Positions 39,528 through 48,969 of a stretch of 64,000 bases of DNA are shown here, one piece after another. A program made the position numbers and the translations under genes. Origin of the DNA: Acidobacteriota bacterium. Its GTDB lineage: Bacteria > Acidobacteriota > UBA6911 > RPQK01 > JAJDTT01. The notes below the pieces were generated by a model. The model was not told the DNA's origin and searched no databases. It worked only from the letters and a program-made list of their open reading frames with translations. The first letter of the stretch is position 1, and each line of letters opens with the position of its first letter. The DNA is taken from assembly GCA_965209055.1 (NCBI GenBank), contig OZ242374.1, forward strand, positions 4,416,001-4,480,000, in the 5' to 3' direction.

Positions 39528-40670
39528 TCAGTCGACCGTCACCCACTCCAAGTTCCGCGCGGAATCGAGAACCGCCTCCTGGGTTTTCTGGGTGGCCAGC
39601 GCCTCCCGGAAGCTGGGGTGGGTCCCCTCACCCGATTCCAACCCCTTCAAGAAATCGGCCAACGCGTTGATGAAGGTGTGCTCATAGCCGATCACGCAAC
39701 CCGGAACCCACCAATTCTTCATGTAGGGGTGCTCGAACGCCGTCACCATGATGGTGCGCCAACCCTGGAGGTGAGACGGGTCGTCGTGGTTGAAGTACTG
39801 CAACTGGTGCATGTTCTCCAGGTCGAAGTAGAGCGATCCCTTCTCTCCGTTGACCTCGAACGAGTTCTTGTTCTTTCGTCCGCGAGCGTAGCGGGTGGCC
39901 TCGAAGGTTCCGTTGGACCCGTTTGAAAAGCGGGCCATGAAGGTGCAGACGTCGTCGATCTCCACCGCCTTCCGCTCCGTCGGGCTTCCCTGCACCGGCC
40001 GCTCCTTGACGAAGATCTCCGTCATCCCGGACACCGATTCGATGGGGCCGTTGAGCCAGATCGCCGTGTCGATGCTGTGGCTCGCCAGATCGCCCGAGAC
40101 TCCTGCGCCGGCCACCTCCTTCTCCAGGCGCCAGAGCGTGGGACCGCCCAGCGGAACGTCCGCCGAAATGGTCCAGTCCTGCAGGTAGGTGGACCGGTAG
40201 TGGAAAATCCGTCCCAGCCGGCCTTCATCAATCATCTGACGGGCCAGGGAGATGGCCGGAACCCTGCGATAGTTGAACCAGACCATGTTGGCGACCCCCG
40301 CCGCCTCCACGGCCTCCGCCATCTGGACCGCCTCATCCACATCGATGGCCAGCGGTTTTTCGCACAGCACCATCTTGCCCCGGCTCGCGGCGGCCAGAGC
40401 GATCTCATGGTGGGTGTTGTTGGGGCTGCAGATGTCGATGACGTCGATGTCGTCCCGCTCCACCAGGCGCCGCCAGTCCGTCTCCGTCGATTCCCAGCCC
40501 CAATTGCGGGCGAAGGGCTCCAACTTGTCCGAATTCCGGGCCGCCACCGCCTTGAGCACGGGGGCATGGTCCAGCTCGAAGAATTGGCTGACCTTCCGGT
40601 AAGCGTTGGAGTGGGCCCGGCCCATGAAGCCGTAGCCGATCATCCCTACGTTCAGCGTCTTTTTTGCCAT
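39528..40670 (-). CDS. Gfo/Idh/MocA family oxidoreductase
   Basis: GMIGYGFMGRAHS, CEKPLA, FNYRR.PA, GDLASHSID. Confidence 0.92.
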   Translation of the reverse strand: MAKKTLNVGMIGYGFMGRAHSNAYRKVSQFFELDHAPVLKAVAARNSDKLEPFARNWGWESTETDWRRLVERDDIDVIDICSPNNTHHEIALAAASRGKMVLCEKPLAIDVDEAVQMAEAVEAAGVANMVWFNYRRVPAISLARQMIDEGRLGRIFHYRSTYLQDWTISADVPLGGPTLWRLEKEVAGAGVSGDLASHSIDTAIWLNGPIESVSGMTEIFVKERPVQGSPTERKAVEIDDVCTFMARFSNGSNGTFEATRYARGRKNKNSFEVNGEKGSLYFDLENMHQLQYFNHDDPSHLQGWRTIMVTAFEHPYMKNWWVPGCVIGYEHTFINALADFLKGLESGEGTHPSFREALATQKTQEAVLDSARNLEWVTVD

Positions 40671-40856
40671 GACCTCTCTCCGGGTCTGCCGAGGCCGGCT
40701 CCCTCGTCCCACCGATTTGACGAGCCGATTTCCTCAATCCGTCGTGTAGAGAGAGTACGCCCGCACCGATCCTGCCCGCAAGCCCGCCCGGGTGGCGGCA
40801 CGGGGCCGCCGGGTGGGATAATCGGGACCGTCCCCGGTCTGGGAGATCTGGCGAAC

Positions 40857-41699
40857 ATGCGCGTGGGAATGAATCTGCTCCTCTGGACCACCGAAGTCGG
40901 GCCGTCCCACCGGGACCTCCTCAGGCAAATTCGCGGCTGGGGGTTCGACGGCGTCGAGATTCCCATTTTTTCGCCCCACCCACAGCGTGCACGGGAACTC
41001 GGCCTGCTTCTGGACGACCTGGGATTGGAGCGAACGGCCGTCACCGTCGTTCCGCCGGACGCCAATCCCATACACCAGGATCCATCCGTGCGGGCCAACG
41101 CCCTGGAGTACCTGAAGTCGGTGGTGGAGGCCTGCCATCTGGCCGGGGTCCGTCTCCTCGCAGGCCCGCTTCACTCCCCCGTCGGTCTCCTGGCGGGGCG
41201 GAGCCGCACCCGGGAGGAGTGGCAATGGGCTTTGGAAATCCTGCAACAGACGGCGGATCTGGCTCGATCCAGCCGGATCACGCTGGCGCTGGAATTCCTG
41301 AACCGGTTCGAGTCCTATTTTCTGAACTGCGCAAAGGATACGGTCGAGTTCACCACTCAGGCCGGTCGGCCCAATCTGGGGATTCTGTACGACACCTACC
41401 ACGCCCACCTGGAGGAGAAGAACGTCTCCGCGGCGATTCGCAACTGTGCAGGCGCACTTCGGCACGTCCACGTCAGCGAGAACGACCGGGCGACTCCCGG
41501 AGAGGGTCAGGTCCGCTGGAGCGAGACCTTCGACACTCTCAAGGACGTCGGCTATTCGGGCTGGATGGTCATCGAGGCCTTCGGACAGGCGATGCCGGAA
41601 CTGGCCGCCGCGACCTGCATCTGGCGGCGCATGTTCCCGACCGAAGAGCACCTGGCGCGGAATGGCCTGGAATGGATCCGCTCCAACTGGGACTGCTAG
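40857..41699 (+). CDS. sugar phosphate isomerase/epimerase (D-tagatose/psicose 3-epimerase family)
   Basis: GFDGVEIP, EFLNRFE, DTYH, HVHVSENDR.TPG.G, IEAF. Confidence 0.9.
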   Translation: MRVGMNLLLWTTEVGPSHRDLLRQIRGWGFDGVEIPIFSPHPQRARELGLLLDDLGLERTAVTVVPPDANPIHQDPSVRANALEYLKSVVEACHLAGVRLLAGPLHSPVGLLAGRSRTREEWQWALEILQQTADLARSSRITLALEFLNRFESYFLNCAKDTVEFTTQAGRPNLGILYDTYHAHLEEKNVSAAIRNCAGALRHVHVSENDRATPGEGQVRWSETFDTLKDVGYSGWMVIEAFGQAMPELAAATCIWRRMFPTEEHLARNGLEWIRSNWDC

Positions 41700-41829
41700 C
41701 CCGCATTTCTCACCAGGCCGCTTTGCGTATGATGAAAAAGAGCGTGTGTTGGAGCATTTACGAGATTGTTTCCGAGTGTTCTCCGGGACACCCTGCGCTG
41801 GGCGCTCGCTCGCTGGTGAGAAATGCGGG
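41700..41829. mobile_element. MITE-like non-autonomous element (130 bp), possibly IS1380-derived
   Basis: Perfect 17-bp TIRs CCCGCATTTCTCACCAG flanked by CTAG direct repeats (41696-41699 and 41830-41833). Confidence 0.8.
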
Positions 41830-42588
41830 CTAGCCGTCCCGGAAACGATCGGCCGTGTCCTGCGGCTCGAATCCCAGGTCCCTCCGGGCGTTTTCCAGTG
41901 ACCGGTAGTTCCACTGGTTGTCGGACACCACATAGTAGATCCCGAACTTCAGGGCCCCGGGCGCATCGATGCAGCGGCGGATCATCTGGGCGATGTCCGC
42001 GTGACTGCACCAGACCGAGAAATCCCGAACCTCGTTGGGACGGTCGTTCCAATGGACGCGGCCGATGCGGAGACAGATCATGGACAGGCCCCACCGGTCG
42101 GAGAAGAAGCGGGCCAAGGTTTCACCGAACTGCTTGCTGCACCCGTAGAGGCCGTTGGCCCGGATCAACGAGGTGTCCAGCAAGTCCCAGTGGGTCACCT
42201 CTCCGTATCGTCCTTCGACCAGGGCATCGTAGGGCGCATGGCGCTCCCACTCGCTGACGGCGGCCCCGCTGCTGGCGAATATGACCCTTTCCACACCGGC
42301 CGCCCGGGCCGCTTCGAACACGTTGTAGGTGCCGACGATGTTGTGCGGAAGCACGTCCTCCCAGGTGGGGTCCCCCTGGGCCATGGCGGCCAGGTGGACG
42401 ACGGTTTCCACTCCCTCGAAGGCCGGCCGGATGGCATCCAGATCCGCAATGTCCGCCTGGAGGCAGGAGAGCCCCTCCACCGGGCGCCGATTCAATGCGC
42501 TCAGCTCGTACAAATCTCCCATCTCCCGCCGGCAGACCTGCCCGATGAGTCCGCTCATGCCCGTAATCAACACTTTCTTCTTGGCCAT
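41830..42588 (-). CDS. NAD-dependent epimerase/dehydratase (uronate dehydrogenase-like)
   Basis: TGMSGLIG, VHLAA, NIVGTYNVFEAA, YGCSK, LRIG. Confidence 0.88.
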   Translation of the reverse strand: MAKKKVLITGMSGLIGQVCRREMGDLYELSALNRRPVEGLSCLQADIADLDAIRPAFEGVETVVHLAAMAQGDPTWEDVLPHNIVGTYNVFEAARAAGVERVIFASSGAAVSEWERHAPYDALVEGRYGEVTHWDLLDTSLIRANGLYGCSKQFGETLARFFSDRWGLSMICLRIGRVHWNDRPNEVRDFSVWCSHADIAQMIRRCIDAPGALKFGIYYVVSDNQWNYRSLENARRDLGFEPQDTADRFRDG

Positions 42589-42726
42589 GCCGCGATTCTA
42601 CCGCAGCGACTCCCGACTTCGCCCCCCGGGTTCCGCGGCCGGTTTTCATTCCCACTGCCAGCCCCTATGATGGGCTCTCGTCTCAACGCCCAATTGAATC
42701 GGCATCCGGCGAACGGGAGCAAATGC

Positions 42727-43461
42727 ATGTTTCGAAACAAGATCCTCAAGAGAATCAAGAGCGGCGAGAAGGCCCTGGGCCTGTTCATGTCGGACCCTTC
42801 CGAAGAACTGGTGGAAATGGCCGGGCGGATGGGGCTGGACTTCGTCGGATTCGACGGCCAACACTCTCCCCTCACGCCGGAGCGCGTCGGCACCTTGTGC
42901 ACCATCGCCGACGGGTTCGACGTCACCCCCACCATGCGCGTTCCCGACGGAAACGAGAGCACGCTCCTGTCCTATCTCGACCGTGGAATTCGCGGCATCA
43001 CCGTCCCCAATATCCAAACCCGGGAAGAAGCCGAAAAACTGGTCAAATTCGCTTATTTCGCTCCGCTGGGCCTGCGCAGCTCCACCAGCTACCGCATGGT
43101 CATGAACCAGGAGGGGAAGGACCGCAACACCCTCTTCCAGGAAGTCAACGCCAACCTGATGATCGTCCCCCAACTGGAGAGCGTGACTTCAATCCGGAAT
43201 CTGGACGAGATCCTCAAGGTGGAGGGAATCGACTATTTCGGAGGGGGACCCGAAGACATGGCCCAGTCCATGGGCATTCCGGGCCGGCACGACGACCCCA
43301 GGGTGGCCGAGATCTACAAGGAGATGGAACGGAAGGTCCATGCCGCCGGAAAGTTCATGGCGGGAGACTACATGGAGTCGGTGAACGTCTTCTGGAACGT
43401 CAAGGGCGCCTTGGAGCAACTGCTTGAAAGCCACGGCCGTCGCTCCCGCATGACCTGGTAG
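42727..43461 (+). CDS. HpcH/HpaI aldolase family protein
   Basis: DGQH, MRVP, PLGLRS, QLES, GPED. Confidence 0.85.
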   Translation: MFRNKILKRIKSGEKALGLFMSDPSEELVEMAGRMGLDFVGFDGQHSPLTPERVGTLCTIADGFDVTPTMRVPDGNESTLLSYLDRGIRGITVPNIQTREEAEKLVKFAYFAPLGLRSSTSYRMVMNQEGKDRNTLFQEVNANLMIVPQLESVTSIRNLDEILKVEGIDYFGGGPEDMAQSMGIPGRHDDPRVAEIYKEMERKVHAAGKFMAGDYMESVNVFWNVKGALEQLLESHGRRSRMTW

Positions 43462-43475
43462 TCAAACCCCATCCC

Positions 43476-44429
43476 GTGAAGTACGTCCTGAATCTGCCCA
43501 TCGCAGGCCCCTTGGCGGTTCCCCGCAGCCTCTCGGCCCTGGCTCGATCCGCCGAAGCCCACGGAGTCGACGTCATCTCCTCCAGCGAACGCCTGGTCCT
43601 GCCCCGATCCGTCGAGACCCGCTACCCGTACGGCGCCACGGGCAAGTTTCCCGGGGGAACCGGCGGCCAAAAGTGCCTGGAGATGCTGACGACCCTGGCC
43701 TTCCTCTGCGGGCAGACGTCCCGGGTCCGCATCCTGACCTCGGTGCTGGTTCTGCCCTACCGGGACCCGATCCTGGCGGCCAAGATGCTGGCCACCCTGG
43801 ACGTCCTCTCCTGGGGCCGGCTCATCGTGGGCTGCGGCGTCGGCTGGATGCGGGAGGAGTTCGAAGCCCTGGACCTGCCGGTCCGATTCGAGGACCGGGG
43901 CCGCGCCTCGGACGAGTACCTGAGGGGCATGCAGGAACTCTGGTGCAGCGACAACCCCCGGTTCCAGGGCGACCACGTCCGTTTTTCCGGCATCGAATTC
44001 CATCCCAGGCCGGTGCAAAGGCCTCATCCACCCTTCTGGTTCGGTGGAGAGAGCCCCGCGGCCCTCCGGCGCGTCGCCCGCTTCGGAGCCGGGTGGATGC
44101 CCATCGCCGGAAACCCGCGCCATCCGCTGGACGACGACCGCCAACTCGCCCAAGCGATCGGAAGACTCCGTCGTTTGGTGGAGGCCGAAGGCCGGGATCC
44201 GGACAAGATTCACGTCCGGTTCGGCGGCGGGTGGAACGAGACCCCCCGCCGCGGCCCGGAAGGAAAAAGACTGGCCATGAGCGGTTCGGCCCAACAGGTG
44301 GCCGGGGACATCCGCCGCTACCAGGATCTGGGAGTCGACCACCTGGGAGTGGGTCTGCTGACCGATGACCTGTCCGAGAGCCTGGAACGGATCGAGCGCT
44401 TCATGACCAGTGTCGCGCCCTTGGTCTGA
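43476..44429 (+). CDS. luciferase-like monooxygenase (LLM) class, probable F420-dependent oxidoreductase
   Basis: YPY, TSVLVLPYR.P.LAAK, DVLS.GRL..G.G.GW..EEF, PRPVQRPHPP. Confidence 0.88.
   Translation: MKYVLNLPIAGPLAVPRSLSALARSAEAHGVDVISSSERLVLPRSVETRYPYGATGKFPGGTGGQKCLEMLTTLAFLCGQTSRVRILTSVLVLPYRDPILAAKMLATLDVLSWGRLIVGCGVGWMREEFEALDLPVRFEDRGRASDEYLRGMQELWCSDNPRFQGDHVRFSGIEFHPRPVQRPHPPFWFGGESPAALRRVARFGAGWMPIAGNPRHPLDDDRQLAQAIGRLRRLVEAEGRDPDKIHVRFGGGWNETPRRGPEGKRLAMSGSAQQVAGDIRRYQDLGVDHLGVGLLTDDLSESLERIERFMTSVAPLV
44384..44409 (+). repeat. 26-bp direct repeat, copy 1 (3' end of the LLM gene)
   Basis: GGAACGGATCGAGCGCTTCATGACCA, identical to 48920-48945. Confidence 0.85.
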
Positions 44430-44442
44430 GAGCTTGTGCGAG

Positions 44443-45702
44443 TCAAACTCTGAGGAAGATCTTCCGCCGATACATCCACCAGCAGACCAGCCAGAACGTG
44501 AGCCCCACCATCACCGACTCGAGGGCGGGCTCATTGGCGGCTCCCCAGAGCCGGAAGATGTTCTGCCCCAGGTGTGTCCGCAAGGTTGCCGCGGTCCAGT
44601 CGGGCAGGAGCATGCTCATCGAGTAGATGGCGATGGAGTTGGTTCCCACCACCACCAGCGGGAAGGTCCAGCGACGGATCCCGGCCACGTCGATCAGAGC
44701 GTAGAGCCCTCCCAGGATCAGGCAGCACCAGCCCGTCGAAAAGATTGCCCAGGAGGGTGTCCAGATCCGCTTGACGAGTGGACAGACACCTGTCCACTCG
44801 AGGATCAGTCCTACGGTCAGACCAATCATCCCGGCTGCCAGAATTGTTCCGAGCTTGGTTCGGGCCGAGCGGCGCGAACGCAGGAACCCGCCTACCATCA
44901 GGCCGAAGAGCATGGTGGCCAGTGAGGAAATGAAGTTGATGGTCGGATACCCTCCTCCGTCGTAGACGAACGGTTCCCGGCGCGGCATCCGGTTCAGCAG
45001 CCAGACGTCAACGGCATGACCGGCGTTGGCGTTCTTGTGCCAGGCTGGAGGCACTTCCGCCAGATGCCGCTGGGCCCACTCCGGTTGAACCCCCACCTCG
45101 GGCGAGCCGCTCGCAAGCTCGACGCCGGCTCCGGGATACAGGACGTACAACATCCACGTCAGGATCAGGACGAACACTGCCCCAAGGAACTGAATTCGAA
45201 GTCCTCGACGCCAGAACAAGAAGAGGAAGGTGTAGCCCAGCCCGATCTGGGTCAGGACATTCATCAGCGACCAATTGGTGCTGGAGAGGGAATCGGATAT
45301 CAGGAAGACGCCCAGCAGGATGAGGACGGCGGATCTCCAGAGGGCGTGGCGCAGCATCCTGCCGTAGGAGTGCCCCAGTCCGGACCGTTTGGCATAGGAG
45401 TAGGCCATGGACACTCCCACCATGAACATGAAGGAGGGCTGGATCAGATCCCAGTAGCCGCATCCGGTCCAGGGGACGTGGGAAAACTGGTAGTGAACCG
45501 TTTGCCAGAAGGAAGAGTCCGGGTTCGTCGCCAGATGATTCCCGGCCGTCTCCCTGAGACCGAAACCCTTGAAGGCGAGGGAGACCATGATCAGCCCGCG
45601 ATAGGTGTCGAGAGACAGCAACCTCCGTTGCTGCCGGTTGCCTTTCGCGGATTCGGATTCACCGTGGGATCCCACGAACGCCCCCCGTAGAGTCGACATC
45701 AA
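44443..45702 (-). CDS. HGSNAT/NagX-like (DUF5009) membrane acyltransferase
   Basis: RLLSLDTYRG, WDLIQPSFMFMVG, VKRIWTPSW, VGTNSI; multi-TM. Confidence 0.85.
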   Translation of the reverse strand: MMSTLRGAFVGSHGESESAKGNRQQRRLLSLDTYRGLIMVSLAFKGFGLRETAGNHLATNPDSSFWQTVHYQFSHVPWTGCGYWDLIQPSFMFMVGVSMAYSYAKRSGLGHSYGRMLRHALWRSAVLILLGVFLISDSLSSTNWSLMNVLTQIGLGYTFLFLFWRRGLRIQFLGAVFVLILTWMLYVLYPGAGVELASGSPEVGVQPEWAQRHLAEVPPAWHKNANAGHAVDVWLLNRMPRREPFVYDGGGYPTINFISSLATMLFGLMVGGFLRSRRSARTKLGTILAAGMIGLTVGLILEWTGVCPLVKRIWTPSWAIFSTGWCCLILGGLYALIDVAGIRRWTFPLVVVGTNSIAIYSMSMLLPDWTAATLRTHLGQNIFRLWGAANEPALESVMVGLTFWLVCWWMYRRKIFLRV

Positions 45703-45999
45703 CCATCTACGATGATCCGCATGCTGGCACCGTTCGCAGGGTGATTCAACCGGCCATGGATGGTCTTTCCGCTACTCGGTATCCCGGTGCAGAGCAACCG
45801 ATTCAGATATCTGCACACTCCCCCAAGGCCTCGTCATTGATCCAAGAGGGACCCCGGCCTCGCTGCTGGCCGGAACCTCGAGCTTGGGTCTGCGGTTCTC
45901 CGCCCCGCCTGTGAGCTCAATCGACTCCGATCCATAGAGTTCGTTCCGGGATTCGGCCCGGAGAGGTTCCCCTGCATCAATGAACCTGAGGAGCGAATA

Positions 46000-47520
46000 A
46001 TGATGCCAGCCGGCGCCCGCAGCAAACCGCATCCGATACGGCCAAGACCTCCGACAGTCCTCTTGGCTGCAATACTGGGAGTGAGCCTCTTTCCTACGAC
46101 TCTGGCACGGGAACTCCCGACATATAAGGTGCATGCCTTTCTCCCGCCGGATCTGTACCGGGAATCCGAAACTCCCGAGGAACTGAATCCTTCTGCGGTC
46201 AGCCGGATGCGAGATCAAATCCGAGAAGTCGATCCGGGGGTCACACAACTCGGCACCTTGCCTTCCTGGGTCTTCCCCCTCTTTGCGCACGCGGCTTTGG
46301 AGCCAGACTTCGGTCCACACCGCGATATCACTGGCCGTGATGTACCCGTGGCGCTGGCGCAGTGCATTCCGTCCCTCAAGAGTCCCGAATATCGCCGATT
46401 GATCGGAATTCGAAATCGAGTCTGGGCCACAATCATCAGGGAGTTCCCTGAAATCAATCACTGGATCGTGGGTCCGGAACCGATTTACTACAGGAAAGGT
46501 CTCTACTCTCCACTCGTTGACTGCAAAGGGAGAAACCTAAGGGGCTTCGATGTCATTGAGTTCATCGTCGACACCCTCGAAGAACTGCACCCGGCGATCA
46601 ATCAGGCCAATCCCTGCGCCAAGGTAATTGCCCATTTTTCGTATGTCCCCTTTGATGAAGACCCCGACATTGATCTTCCCCGCTTGATCCAAGTGGAGAT
46701 TCAGCGCCGGGGGAATGACCCCAAGGAATACTACGACCTGCTCGCGGAACAGGCGGCACCTCAGTTCGATTTCGTCCCCTGGGGAGGAGTCCTGTTGGAC
46801 CAATTTCCCGAAGGACGTTGTACGCTGGACTTTGCCCATTTCGGGAATGGACCTTCGATCCGCTCCGATCTGGTGCTGGTCAATCGGACCACCTCGGCAT
46901 TGCGTCCCTCCGTATTGTTTTTCGATCAGAAAAGAAATCCGGTGCCCCCCGACTCGTTGGTCGACGTGGCGGAAGGTTTGGAATTCCAGGACGGCGCCTT
47001 GAGGGTTCGGACGGAGTTGGCGCCCTTGGGAGAGACGAAAATTACGACGAATGGTCGAGGGGACCTGGTGACCGGTTCGGTGAGGATTGTCTCCGACGGT
47101 CCCGTCGGCGGGGTGCTGCGTTTCAATGTTTCGAACGTCGGCGTGTCCGGCGTAGGTATCAGTCGACCCGTCAATGACGCCCTGTTTCCGGTCCGGCGAC
47201 AAGAGGGCGGTGTCCGGACCGCCGCAGCCATCCACAACCTCAGTACGAAAAAGATTGAGTTGACCTGCCAATTGATGAAGGAGGGCATCATCCTGGAAGA
47301 AGTCGGGGTCTCTGTGGAAGCCAACGGACAGGTGGCCCAGTTCATCGACGAAATGTTCATCGAGACCGATACCTCGGACTTTGCGGGTTCGGTACGGTGT
47401 GCGGCTCCGTGGAGGGAGCTGTTCACCGGAATGGCGGTAGAGATGGATGCCAACAGTCGAATCTTCACCACACTGCCCATAGTGCCGGTCCGGCAATGGC
47501 CGCTGGAGAACCTCCATTAA
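46000..47520 (+). CDS. secreted hypothetical protein: GH-like N-terminal region plus repeated beta domain
   Basis: GAGGAG RBS, signal peptide, WIVGPEP and AINQANPCAKVI segments; the C-terminal domain resembles the protease C-terminal repeats; lower GC. Confidence 0.75.
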   Translation: MMPAGARSKPHPIRPRPPTVLLAAILGVSLFPTTLARELPTYKVHAFLPPDLYRESETPEELNPSAVSRMRDQIREVDPGVTQLGTLPSWVFPLFAHAALEPDFGPHRDITGRDVPVALAQCIPSLKSPEYRRLIGIRNRVWATIIREFPEINHWIVGPEPIYYRKGLYSPLVDCKGRNLRGFDVIEFIVDTLEELHPAINQANPCAKVIAHFSYVPFDEDPDIDLPRLIQVEIQRRGNDPKEYYDLLAEQAAPQFDFVPWGGVLLDQFPEGRCTLDFAHFGNGPSIRSDLVLVNRTTSALRPSVLFFDQKRNPVPPDSLVDVAEGLEFQDGALRVRTELAPLGETKITTNGRGDLVTGSVRIVSDGPVGGVLRFNVSNVGVSGVGISRPVNDALFPVRRQEGGVRTAAAIHNLSTKKIELTCQLMKEGIILEEVGVSVEANGQVAQFIDEMFIETDTSDFAGSVRCAAPWRELFTGMAVEMDANSRIFTTLPIVPVRQWPLENLH

Positions 47521-47587
47521 CCGAACTTGAAGGAAGTCCTCAAAAAAAGGGGCGCTGGCGCGAGAATCCGCAGCAGATCGGGAGATC

Positions 47588-47769
47588 TTACGGATGTCTT
47601 GGCTTGAGCATGCGGTAGCCGACCCGGCGCACGGTAGAGATGTAGGTTGGCCGGCCCGCTTCATCGCCGAGCTTGCGGCGGAGCCCGTCTCCAACGCCCT
47701 TGCGATCATCTCATCTCTCTTGTAGCCGGAGATGAAGATCACCGGCAGATCGGAATCTGCGAGCTTCAT
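47588..47769 (-). pseudogene. internally deleted OmpR-family response regulator remnant
   Basis: REC fragment DLPVIFISGY.RDE.IARALETG joined out of frame to the winged-helix C-terminus LRRKLGDEAGRPTYISTVRRVGYRM. Confidence 0.75.
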
Positions 47770-47804
47770 TAATGACGTCTTCGGACAATTATTCACAATA
47801 TTTT

Positions 47805-47826
47805 AAGCGGATAAGAAGCGGATAAG
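47805..47826 (+). repeat. 11-bp tandem repeat in an AT-rich intergenic region
   Basis: AAGCGGATAAG x2. Confidence 0.7.
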
Positions 47827-48473
47827 AGATAATTTTCATTGTTTACTCACTTAGTCGCTATGTTTCTAATCGGGGACATCTATACAATGCTACGGTTCAG
47901 GCTTCTGAGATTCGTAAGAACGACCCACGGCGGCAGAGGCTATTCAAATGGCAGTTTTCGATGCAGCACATCGAAGTATCCGCCAGCGTAGATCTTTAGC
48001 GGCGTCAAGCCGCGTCTCGAAACCAAACTTCGACACACCTCATGAAAGATTTCCAGGCCCGAATTCTGGGCGTCCATGTGAAGCTGGCGGGATTCTTTGT
48101 GCCCCCGGACCGGCTCCCATTGATTTCACCCCTTTCCGGCCGGTCGCGCAGGAAGAGTCTTCCAGGTGGAGGATCTCGTCAACGGATGGGCAAATGCCTG
48201 TCAGAGAACACGATAGGAGGATGTTTTCATTTTTCGGAAGAAGATGACAACGGCTGCCATCCCGTTATCAGAGGGTCTCCCTATGCACGGAGCGCTCAGA
48301 CCGGAGAGAGTTGCGAAGTCTCCAGTCGATACGTCGATACGTATCGGACTGTCACCATCGGGAGCGAAAGGTAGTCTGCACGGGTGCGACATTCCCAGCC
48401 TGCCGTCGAGGCGGGCACATCGTTTGCTTCGTCTCCTCAGATCGATAGGTTAGCGGGTCCGTACCCCCGGCGA

Positions 48474-48806
48474 ATGATGTTCCTCAAATACCTGCTCAGG
48501 CTGGGCGTGTGGATCGTCCTGATCCCATTGTGGATCTACGTGGGCTGGTCCCTTGTGAACGGGACGTTCCATTGGCGATACCTCGCCGGCGCCATCCTAC
48601 CGATCATCTTCTGGGCCGTGTACCGATGGGTCCATGAACAAAACGAGGCGGCGATAGACGAAGAGGAGCGCGAAGAGGAGCGTCTGAGGCGCTTCCGCCA
48701 GCACCGGGATCAATACGACCGGCGATATGGCGCCCAGTCTCGCAACCGGTGGAAGGAGCACCGGTGGAAGGCTGCCCACCCCGAGGCTAGAGAGCCGGAT
48801 GAGTAA
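48474..48806 (+). CDS. small 2-TM membrane protein with charged tail
   Basis: Two hydrophobic helices followed by an E/R-rich helix. Confidence 0.6.
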   Translation: MMFLKYLLRLGVWIVLIPLWIYVGWSLVNGTFHWRYLAGAILPIIFWAVYRWVHEQNEAAIDEEEREEERLRRFRQHRDQYDRRYGAQSRNRWKEHRWKAAHPEAREPDE

Positions 48807-48919
48807 GAGGAAGAACCAGCATCTCCACACGGTCGAGCGGTGTGCTGTCCGTGATCTGGAGACTGAACAAGGTCCGATTCCTCGTAGCTGATCGGGCCGA
48901 CCTTTTGCCGCAGTGGTCA

Positions 48920-48945
48920 GGAACGGATCGAGCGCTTCATGACCA
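48920..48945 (+). repeat. 26-bp direct repeat, copy 2 (orphan LLM gene 3' end)
   Basis: Identical to 44384-44409; similarity continues at codon level (TSVAPLV vs TTAAPLI). Confidence 0.85.
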
Positions 48946-48969
48946 CCGCGGCGCCGCTGATCCGGGCAC

